From NCBI GenBank assembly GCA_002269645.1, contig NIVC01001917.1, positions 157,942 to 221,941 on the forward strand: a stretch of 64,000 bases of DNA, written 5' to 3'. Source of the stretch: Macrostomum lignano. Lineage: Eukaryota. The position numbers and the translations under genes are program-made. Of the stretch, positions 44,601 to 56,600 are shown piece after piece. How positions within the stretch are numbered: the stretch's first letter is position 1; each line of letters begins with the position of its first letter. The notes below the pieces were generated by a model, which was given only the letters and a program-made list of their open reading frames with translations, was not told where the DNA came from and did not search any database.

Positions 44601-47600
44601 TTTATCAGAGAAATCCCATCCTAGCAGATTAAAAAAATATCACCCTAGGAGATTCAGGCAAATCTCACCCTAGGAGATTTATCAGAAAAAACTCACACTA
44701 GGAGATTCAGAGAAATCTCACCCTAGGAGATTCGGGGAAATCTCTTCCTAGGAGATTCAGAGAAGTCTCACCCTAGGAGATCAATCACAGCTGTGTAACG
44801 GCAAGTTTATTTCGTATATAATGTACTGCGCAGGCATCGAACGCCAGAGGTGAGCACACAATCCAGAGTTGTCTCACCATCAATATCCTCGTCGTCGTCG
44901 TCCAATAATTCTTCATCATCGTCGAAATCTTCAAAGTCTGGCTGGCCAAGAGTAGACTGTAATGCAGCAGGTGGCAGCGCAGGCGGAGCCTGCTGCTGCT
45001 GCTGCTTTTGCACAGGCTGGAAACGCGACGGAGTTGAGGTCACCTCCGCGACAGTCGCCTGCTGTTGACGCGGTCCACCAGCAGTCAGCGGCGGCTGCTG
45101 TTGTTGCTGTTGCCGCGAAGGCTGCAAAGCAGAGGCCGGGGCGCGGCCATTGGCCAGCTGGGCGGGCCTGACCGGAGTTGGCGCCGGCAGAGCTTCAATA
45201 AGTGGCGCCTTGTTTTCAGTCGCGTCAGCGTCTTCGGCTGTCCGAGTGAAGGACTGCAGATTGAGCGCCGCCATGTGGATGCTGTTAAGCAAGTCGTCCG
45301 AACCGTCGCCGGCATTCGCGGCGGCGTTTGCAGCGGCGGCGGCGGCGGGGGCGGCGGCGGCGGAGGTTGCGGGAGCGGCCCGTCGGACCACAGCGGCGGC
45401 TGGTCTGGTGACTCCGCCGCGAGCAGACAACGGCGCGGGCGTCGCTGCAGCAGAACTTCGCGGCCCAGACACCTGCTGCTGCTTCTGGGGCGTCTCGGCA
45501 GATGCGGGAAGATCCGACCTGTATGAATTAATAAATTTTCAATTTCCAATTATAAAAATAGATTGCAAAATTCAATCTGCACTACTGACACAGCAAAATG
45601 CCAGTAGTATGATTAGAAAAATCGTAAATAGCAAAAATATTCAGAAATAGACGGCATGCAGAGTGTATAGGAAGTTTTTTGCAATATAAATTAAAACTGT
45701 GATAATTTGCGATGTCTATTAATCCCGTGTACACATAGCATTCGATTTTCAGAGAAAATACGCGCACAAGATCAAGGAAATTAATAGTGTTTTTCTTGCA
45801 GATTAGCACTTAATCGCTACCTAAGCTGGCCAAGTCGGGTGCGACGGGACAGGAGAGGCGATACGCGATACAATGATGACGATGCGGCTGATGAAGCTGA
45901 GGCTGAGTCGGCGCTGAGAATTCAGCAATGATAGCTGTTAGTTTTGGCTACTAGCAAATATTGGTAACGCGCTGGTATTATCAGGACAAAAATCTGCTTT
46001 TTAACACTTTCTTTAAAGTCTCAGTAGTCTCACTCAAAATAGCACCAATAAAGCCTTGTCTAGAATATTAGTCTACAATCCCTGGAAATCTCCCCCAAGA
46101 ACTCTACATCCCTGGAAATCTCACCATAGAACTCTACATCCCTGGAAATCTCACCATAGAACTACAAATCTCTGGAAATCTCACCCTAGAACTGTACAAT
46201 CCTGGAAATCTCATCACAGAACTCTAAATTCCTGGAAATCTCCCCTTAGAACTCTAAATCTCTGGAAATCTCACCCTAGAACTCGACATCTCTGAAATTC
46301 TCACCCTAGTTAGAACACAACAGCTCTGGAAATCTCACCCAAGTTAGAACACAACAGCTCTGGAAATCTCACCCTAGTTAGAACACAACAGCTCTGGAAA
46401 TCTCACCCTAGTTAGAACACAACAGCTCTGGAAATCTCACCCTAGTTAGAACACAACAGCTCTGGAAATCTCACCCTAGTTAGAACACAACAGCTCTGGA
46501 AATCTCACCCTAGTTAGAACACAACAGCTCTGGAAATCTCACCCTAGTTAGAACACAACAGCTCTGGAAATCTCACCCTAGTTAGAACACAACAGCTCTG
46601 GAAATCTCACCCTAGTTAGAACACAACAGCTCTGGAAATCTCACCCTAGTTAGAACACAACAGCTCTGGAAATCTCACCCTAGTTAGAACACAACAGCTC
46701 TGGAAATCTCACCCTAGTTAGAACACAACAGCTCTGGAAATCTCACCCTAGTTAGAACACAACATCTCTGAAATTCTCACCCTAGTTAGAACACAACAGC
46801 TCTGGAAATCTCACCCTAGTTAGAACACAACAGCTCTGGAAATCTCACCCTAGTTAGAACACAACAGCTCTGGAAATCTCACCCTAGTTAGAACACAACA
46901 GCTCTGGAAATCTCACCCTAGTTAGAACACAACAGCTCTGGAAATCTCACCCTAGTTAGAACACAACAGCTCTGGAAATCTCACCCTAGTTAGAACACAA
47001 CAGCCCTGGAAATCTCACCCTAGTTAGAACACAACAGCTCTGGAAATCTCACCCTAGTTAGAACACAACAGCTCTGGAAATCTCACCCTAGTTAGAACAC
47101 AACAGCTCTGGAAATCTCACCCTAGTTAGAACACAACAGCTCTGGAAATCTCACCCTAGTTAGAACACAACAGCTCTGGAAATCTCACCCTAGTTAGAAC
47201 ACAATAGCTCTGGAAATCTCACCCTAGTTAGAACACAACAGCTCTGGAAATCTCACCCTAGTTAGAACACAACAGCTCTGGAAATCTCACCCTAGTTAGA
47301 ACACAACAGCTCTGGAAATCTCACCCTAGTTAGAACACAACAGCTCTGGAAATCTCACCCTAGTTAGAACACAATAGCTCTGGAAATCTCACCCTAGTTA
47401 GAACACAACAGCTCTGGAAATCTGAGCCTAGAACACTCACCCAACACCGGCGGCCTTGGGCCCCAGCTGCAGCCTGAGCACATCCGTAGCCCGCTGCTGT
47501 ATAGTCGGCTGCATCTCCTTGAGTACAGCGCTAAAGCATCCGGGATTCAAGTCGAACAGAGCAGCCAACACAGCCTGTGACAGCCGGCGGACATCAGGCG

Positions 47601-50600
47601 ATTTCGGATCCTTGGTCAGCGTGGTCAGGCGCGACAGAGCGATGCGGGCCTCCTGCCCCGGCTGGTCGGACTGGTTGCGCCAGGGCACCAGAGCGTCGGC
47701 TGGCAGCTGGCGGACCACCTGCAGCAGGCACTGGAGCAGCGCGGCCTGCACCCGCGGCGACGGCTGCTGATTTTGATCGATTAAAAAGCGCAACAGGCAG
47801 CGCAATTGCAGCGTTATGGGAAAGGCTCGCTGAACTCGTTCCATGGCGGTCTGCGGGGATATAATTGTATTATTTTATACAATGTACTATACGAGTATAG
47901 TAGTATAGTGTACTTGTATTGAAATAATATTTGGCTACCTTATTTCCCATAAGTAATTTCAACAGATATAATCCTACCCATTAGAATTCTGCCAACTACC
48001 CAATCGTCCCCATTAGTAATCTCCCAAATACCCAATCTTCCCCATTAGTATTCTCCCCAATACCCAATTTTCCCCATTAGTAATCTCCCCAATACCCAAT
48101 TTTCCCCATTAGTAATCTCCCAAATACCCAATATTCCCCATTAGTATTCTCCCCAATACTCAATTTTCCCCATTAGTATTCTCCCCAACGCCAAATCTCC
48201 CCTAGCCCAGCATCCCTCTCACCTGGAACCTGGCCTGCTGACTGGCCAGAGTCTCCGTAGCCATCCGGCCAACAAGCCGCACCAGCAGGGTGTACAGCCA
48301 GTCGTGCAGCTCCCCGTGATAGCGGGTGACAAAGTCGGCCAAAGCCTCAAGAAAGAACTGCATCACCCGGCCGTTGGGTTCGCCAAACATTTTAGCGAAG
48401 ATGTCGCAGACCCGGCGCAATTCCAGTTGATTCAGCGACGGGCCGCCCTCCCTGGCCAGGTAGCTGCTGAAGCTGGCCAGGCCGTCGCGGCGGCAGCTCC
48501 ATTCGGACGATTGCAGCTGCGCAAGAATCTCGGCCAGGTTCTGGCGGCGAGTTTGGGAGGTTTGGATGCTTTGAGGTTGTTCAGAGCCGATTCTTCATAT
48601 CAGTTTACTGACGATTTTTAATGATAGATAGGGGCGATTTCTTAAAGATAGTTCAGGGGCGATTTCTTGAAGATAGTTCAGGGGCGATTTCTTTAAGATA
48701 GTTCAGGGGGGATTGCTTGAAGATAGTTCAGGGGCGATTTCTTTAAGATAGTTCAGGGGGGATTGCTTGAAGATAGTTCAGGGGCGATTTCTTTAAGATA
48801 GTTCAGGGGGGATTTCTTGAAGATAGTTCAGGGGCGATTACTTGCAGATAGTTCAGGGGCGATTTCTTGAAGATAGTTCAGGGGCGATTTCTTGAAGATA
48901 GTTCAGGGGGGATTGCTTGAAGATAGTTCAGGGGCGATTTCTTTAAGATAGTTCAGGGGGGGATTTCTTGAAGATAGTTCAGGGGCGATTACTTGCAGAT
49001 AGTTCAGGGGCGATTTCTTGAAGATAGTTCAGGGGCGATTTCTTGAAGATAGTTCAGGGGCGATTTCTTGAAGATAGTTCAGGGGCGATCTTTTGTAGTT
49101 CATGGGCGATTATTTAAAGATATTTTAGGGGAGATTTCTTGTAGTTCAGGTGCGATTTCTTGTAGTTCAGGGGCGATTTCTTGTAATTCAGGGGCGATTT
49201 CTTGTAGTTCAGGGGCGATTTTTTAAGACAGTTCAGGGGCGATTTCTTATAGACAATAATTCAGGGCGATTTCTTATAGTTCAGGGGCGATTTCTTGCAG
49301 ATAGTTCAGGGGCGATTTCTTGAAGATAGTTCAGGGGCGATTTCTTGAAGATAGTTCAGGGGCGATTTCTTGAAGATAGTTCAGGGGCGATCTTTTGTAG
49401 TTCATGGGCGATTATTTAAAGATATTTTAGGGGAGATTTCTTGTAGTTCAGGTGCGATTTCTTGTAGTTCAGGGGCGATTTCTTGTAATTCAGGGGCGAT
49501 TTCTTGTAGTTCAGGGGCGATTTTTTAAGACAGTTCAGGGGCGATTTCTTATAGACAATAATTCAGGGCGATTTCTTATAGTTCAGGGGCGATTTTTTGA
49601 AGACAGTTCAGAGGCAGCTTTTTGAAGTGTTGGAAGGTATTGGAAGGGGTGGATAACTAAAATGCAAAAACATTGTTTTATTTAAATACCTAGGAGGTGT
49701 ATTAGTGTGCAATGTGGTGAACATCTAATCTAATAAATATAAACTTACTCAGTCCAAGAGTTTGCATAGGATTTGTGTATGTCAACTTCTAAGTTAAACA
49801 CGATAAGAAAACTAAATACATAGTGTGTGCAAAGTGGATAAAACTTATACAAGTATTCACACAATGTATGAATTTGTATATAATTCAAGCATTTATGATA
49901 CATTTACAATAAATATGCATGCTGTAAAAGACAACATCAACACAGTGGGTTTTTGTGCATTTTTAATAGCATTACATACAATTAAATAAAAACACTCATA
50001 CAAGTTCGACAACAAAAATACACACTACAATAAATATAATGGTATATAATCTACTAAGTTAAGGAAATAAAACACCAACACCCTCAGGATTGCTAATCTA
50101 TCCCATGTGAAGGATCAGAATGGATTGCTAATCTATTCCATGTGAAGGAGCAGAATGGATTGCTAATCTATCCCATGTGAAGGATCAAAATGGATTGCTA
50201 ATCTATCCCATGTGAAGGATCAAAATGGATTGCTTATCTATCCCATGTGAAGGAGCAGAATGGATTGCTAATCAATCCCATGTGAAGGATCAAAATGGAT
50301 TGCTTATCTATCCCATGTGAAGGAGCAGAATGGATTGCTAATCTATCCCATGTGAAGGAGCAGAATGGATTGCTAATCAATCCCATGTGAAGGATCAAAA
50401 TGGATTGCTAATCTATCCCATGTGAAGGATCAAAATGGATTGCTAATCTATCCCATGTGAAGGATCAAAATGGATTGCTAATCAATCCCATGTGAAGGAA
50501 CAGAATGGATTGCTAATCTATCAAATGCGAAAGAACAAAAGGAATAAAAAAGGAGCTAGAATAAGAAGACCGTCGAAACCATGAATAAAGGAATAAAACT

Positions 50601-53600
50601 AGATAATGACGAGAACCATAAACGCACACACAAAAATGACTAGAAAAAAGTACTAAAAAGTACCACCTGAATAATGCTTTTTACCTTGCTGATTCGGGCT
50701 ACAAATCTGCGTCCAGTGTAGCAGCTCTGCGATGTTGGATAAATTTTATCAAATAATTTTAAGTATAACAGAAAACTCACAGAGCTACTTTAAGTAACTA
50801 AAGCAGTCGACTGTAATAAACAAAAAATAAAACTGAAAAGCTTTCTAGAGGGTTGCAAAGCTCAAATTACATACTGGCATATTATTAAGAGACAAGGCCC
50901 GTTTGCCAGAGATCCAACCTGCATAAAGGGATCACTTGTTAGAATGGCGGAAATTCTTATTGGTGTAAAAGTGGCAGACAGATAAGTGACGCGCAGGATC
51001 GCTTTTAAATATAAAACTCAGCTACTTACAGTAGTAAGAAACTTAATTCACAAGCTTGAAATCTTTAACATCGTCGAAAAAATTAATGCTAGTCACTTCT
51101 TTTCCATTTCGATGACGTGAAATTTCGAGCATATAGGCTATTGAGCTCATTAAAAAGTTCGAACCTGCAAAGCGTCGAGCTCAATCTTTTGAGCTTACAA
51201 ACGCTCCAACGTTAGTGAACTCCCCAGATCCCGCTGCGAACAGTCTGCCTAAAACTCACCGTGAACGACTTGAACGAAGCGTCCGAACAAACGGACGACG
51301 TCTCGCTTGCGTCGTCACCGTCGCCAGTCTGACGCCGCTGTTGCAGTTTGAACTGCAGCGCCTCGGCCAGAGCGGACTGCGCCGCCGCCTGCTGTTCAAC
51401 TCGCTGCCGGCCGCCGCGGAAGGAGCTGCGAGCCGAGATCGAGCCGCCGCCACCGCCGCCTGCGCCCTGCGAGGATCGGCGCAGCGAGGATGAGCCGGCG
51501 GGCGCCGGTGTCGAGGAGTTCATCGGCACCGGGATGCCGGACCGAGGCGGCGAGGAGCCCCGGCTGGAGGCCTGCGCGACACGGAGTGGAATGCATGCGG
51601 CTTGCTGAGCTGCGGGGACAGCTTTTATCCTATCCTAAACCGGAGTCTCACCCCTGCAACCAGTGAGAGGATGTGATGCAATAACCGGAGTCTCACCCCT
51701 GCAACCAGTGAGAGGATGTGATGCAATAACCGGAGTCTCACCCCTGCAACCAGTGAGAGGATGTGATGCAATAACCGGAGTCTCACCCCTGCAACCAGTG
51801 AGAGGATGTGATGTAATAACCGGAGTCTCACCCCTGCAACCAGTGAGAGGATGTGATGCAACAACCGGAGTCTCACCCCATCAACAAGTGAGAAAAGAGA
51901 ATCTCACCCTTACAACCAGTGAGAAGATGTGATGCAACAACCGGAGTCTCACCCCTACAACCAGTGAGAGAATAAAATCTCACCTGCGATCTGGGGCCGC
52001 CGCGGCCGCTGCGTGGTGGCGAAGCGCCCCGACTTGCCGGCGTCGATTGCGGCGCCCTGGAAGCGGCCGTGGCGCCAGGCGCGGCCGGAGCCGGCATGTC
52101 GGACGGTCGGACCCGCTCAATAGCGGCCCGGGTGCGCGAATCGCAGCCGTTTAAAATGCTGGCCGCCTGGGCCCAGAACTGCCTGCCGAATCGCCAGAAT
52201 GCCCGCCGGCCATTCGATCGGGCCTCCTGATCGGCGTCTGTGAGGCAGCGGCGCAGCCAGTCCAGCAGGCCGGGCAGCTGGCGTTCGAGCGCGTGCGCAG
52301 GCCAGCTGGCCAGGACCTGCGGGTCCGATTAGTAACGAAATAGTAGAGTAAACCCGATTGGCGCCCCTGGTTGGCGCTGATTTTGGCGCCAAATTTCAGC
52401 ATCCGATACCCAGTTTGGCGCCAGATTTTAGCACCCGATTCCCAGTTTGGCGCCAGATTTTAACACTCGATACCCAATTTGGCGCCAGATTTTAACACTC
52501 GATTCCCAGTTTGGCGCCAGATTTCGGCACCCGATTCCCAGTTTGGCGCCAGATTTTAACACCCGATTCCCAGTTTGGCGCCAGATTTTTACACTCGATT
52601 CCCAGTTTGGCGCCAGATTTCGGCACCCGATACCCAGTTTGGCGCCAGATTTTAGCACCCGATTCCCAGTTTGGCGCCAGATTTTAACACTCGATACCCA
52701 ATTTGGCGCCAGATTTTAACACTCGATTCCCAGTTTGGCGCCAGATTTCGGCACCCGATTCCCAGTTTGGCGCCAGATTTTAACACCCGATATCCGAAAT
52801 GGAAAATCCAGTTAAAACAGTGCTAGAAGTTTGAGATACCCACGGAAGAGACTGGCACAGAGTTCCATTCCCTATAGACCCAATAATTAGCAGTAATAGC
52901 AAAATCGCCTACCTGGTCGGCCATTAATTCGGCAACGCAGCGTCTCTGGATGGCCGATTTTGCTTGGCCGAGTGCCAACAGGCTGGGCAGGAGGCGGTGG
53001 CTCTGAGTGTACCGCAGCAGCAGGGAGGTGCACACCTGAGAATGGCAAGGCGGGTGTGGATGGATAACAAAGGAGAAGGTACCTCAGGTAAGAAGCGTCC
53101 CAGAGTCACTCGCGTCACTTGCGTCGTTGCAGGTAACAGGCAAAATAGTAAGAAGCGACTCTAGACGACTCTAAAACGGCGAGATTTCACGGTAGAAAAA
53201 GTCGTTAAAGAGTCAATTTGAGGCGTACTGGCTAGAGTTGCTGTAGAATCACTGAGTTGTGTCTAAAGCGCATCAGCGTCACTTCATGAATTAGAATCGC
53301 ATTTAGCATTTATAACTCTATTTAGTCTACTTAAGATAATAGGAAGTTAAGCACCAGCACAACGACTCTTTCACGATTCTGCAACTCACGTGAAGCGTCT
53401 CTCTAGACGACAGCCGTCTCTCTGTCGCATTAAATTCGTTTGACACACAAGAGTCGCCAGAGTTGCTAGACTCACTAGTGAGTTGTTTGCAATGACTTTT
53501 AAGCGATTCTTGTCACGGTAACGTTTTCAACGGTTTAAGTAAATGCGCCAGTATTGTTGGATCTCCTACGTGACTTAGGCGGTCACGCAATAAAGCTTAT

Positions 53601-56600
53601 TCAGCAACGTACTAACCCCGGCCAACCCTGCTTAACTTGCAGCACTTATCATATATTTTTAATTATTATATCAATGAATTCATCTAAAATTTTCGACATT
53701 CTCTTCCTAGCACATTAATGGCCTACTGTAGCAATTATAACAGCTTTAACGAAAAGGTAATAAGCTCAGGTATTGATTTGCTTTCTATCACCGGGTCTAT
53801 ATAAATAAATAAGTAGCTTTCGAAGGACCTTTTCAGCTTGAAAGCTGTACAGAGTTGGCTCAGTCCTTAAAGTAGCGCGCTTAAACAAATAAGCGGGCTT
53901 GGAAAACCTGCATGCTGCTATTATATTTTGTTTCTTTAGCATTTGCAACCGTCAGTCTGTGGTCGGGTCTTAACTTTAATTCAGACTTTAGTAAGCAATT
54001 TTATTAACGCATATTTTTAATGCGCAGTTAGAGCCGTTATTAACGAGACAAAAAGTTATTTCCATCTCTAACCTTTGCCAGCAGAACTTTCCTATTCTTT
54101 TGGTGGGTGAGATTCGCAATCCGATTCTCTCATCGATGGGTGAGATTCTCAATCCGATTCTCTCATCGATGGGTGAGATTCGCAATCCGATTCTCTCATC
54201 AATGGGTGAGATTCTCAATTCGATTCTCTCATCGATGGGTGAGATTCGCAATCCGATTCTCTCATTGATTGGTGAGATTCGCAATCCGATTCTCTTATCC
54301 ATGGGTGAGATTCGCAATCCGATTCTCTCATTGATGAGTCCACCATAACAAGTCATTAGACTCACCATTCCGCATGTGGCCACAATCTTGGCAGTGTTGC
54401 CTAGCAACGCTAACAACGGTTCCATAATCGGCTCGGCGAATTGGTCAAACCGGTTGCCAAGGCAACTAGCCAGGTGGGCAATAGTTATGCAGGCTTCTCG
54501 AACAACCTGAGAGCGAAGATCGGAAATACAGCCTCGAAATGGAACGGCTAGGGATCGGAGCGTGGGAAGAAAGTCTTCGAACTCGGGACCGCCGGCTAGC
54601 AACAGGGAGCGCAGCTGTTTCATTGCGTCGACACGTTTTTCCCAGTCCTCGGAGGCGCTGCTGGATAGAGTGTCGCGAATCCGGTTCAGACACTCGATGG
54701 CATCTCGGTTGCTGTACACCTGGGAAGGTGGTGGCAGTGCCAATAAAGAATCAGCGAAGGGCACGCTCGTGATGAAAGACCAGTGTGAGGCTAATGAAGG
54801 ACCAGTGGGAGGCTAATGAAGGATCAGTGAGAGGCTAATGAAGGACCAGTGGGAGGCTAATGAAGGACCAGTGGGAGGCTAATGAAGGACCAGTGGGAGG
54901 CTAATGAAGGACCTGTGGGAGGCTAATGAAGGACCTGTGGGAGGCTAATGAAGGACCAGTGGGAGGCTAATGAAGGACCTGTGGGAGGCTAATGAAGGAC
55001 CAGTGGGAGGCTAATGAAGGACCTGTGGGAGGCTAATGAAGGACTAGTGTGGATATCAGAGGTAATGATAAAGACCGATCTGTTCAAAATGGGGTAACCC
55101 GGCGCCCCAAACGGTATAACAAAACTTACATTAATTTTTGGCACCTGTTCAAAAGCCGCCAGGAATCCCTCTTCGTCAATAGAGCCGGCACCTGCAGGGA
55201 ATTGTGGTTAATGTTGTTAGCAAAAAAAACAACTCAACACAATAAAGGGTTCCGATACTTATAACACATATAAATCATAAAAAATCGATTCCAGAATTTA
55301 AGACAGCAAATATGACAAAGACACGGACAAAAAAACACCGTTTAAAGCTAGTAAGAATTAACAACACCACAAGTATGACAGTGGGGTATACATTTTAAGG
55401 CGAAATACGAAATCAGAGGCCGCATCAGATTTGACACACCACTGGGTATGTATCAAATTATGCGTAGAACCCTACCCCAGTGCCAGTGTGTGTATAGAAT
55501 ATATTATAACACATCCCATGTGCATTAACATTAACACTGGTGCAGCTAATCATTTACACTGAATGCAATATACGTCCATTTGACCTCATTGAGATAACAC
55601 TGAGGTAAGAAGGAAAACACCAACGAGCCAGCCGCCCACTCTTAATAGATTAAATAAATGGATGGAACCAAAATTTTCGAGTTAGACAGACTGACAGACA
55701 GACAGAGCGAGAGAAATCAGTGGGAAAAAACTGCAAACACTCTGGCGACGCATAGGGAAACACATAAGACTCAATTAAGCATACTTCTTTAATCTGAACT
55801 TTGTCTCAACCTAAAAACCTCCAAGGTCGTGTCTTCTTTCTGTAGTTTTTATGAGAGAAAAACGCGATCAAGAAATACCTGCAGCAGAGTCGCGGCGCTG
55901 CCTAGTTGAGTTAGACAAGGCTGGCGGCCTGGCCGTTAGGCCAAAACTGCTAACAACATCATCAACTGCGGAGACTGTGGCCCGTCTTGGGCCGCAATAG
56001 GCGTAGCCTGTTAGTTATTGTCATTGTGGCTTTTTTGTTTAAGAGCTTGTCTAATTCTTAGTATCAGTTGCTTGCTATTATGATGAATATATATTATATA
56101 AATACTATAGGTTGAGGTAAGGCACAATTGACACAACAGATTCTCTTGAGCTTAGTTAGTAACTGCATTGGAAATGTACGTGAATGTATTTTTAAGCGTG
56201 ATTTAAGAATAAGACAGCTGACAAACCATTTTTCTACGATCTTGCAGACAATCCAAACATGCTGATTTTGGCGCCAGCCACTCACATGTACACTTTGAAC
56301 ATGATGATTTTGGCGCCAGCCACTCACATGTACACTTTGAACATGATGATTTTGGCACCAGCCACTCACATGTACACTTTGAACATGATGATTTTGGCGC
56401 CAGCCACTCACATGTACACATTGAACATGATGATTTTGGCGCCAGCCACTCACATGTACACATTGAACATGATGATTTTGGCGCCAGCCACTCACATGTA
56501 CACTTTGAACATGATGATTTTGGCGCCAGCCACTCACATGTACACTTTGAACATGATGATTTTGGCGCCAGCCACTCACATGTACACTTTGAACATGATG

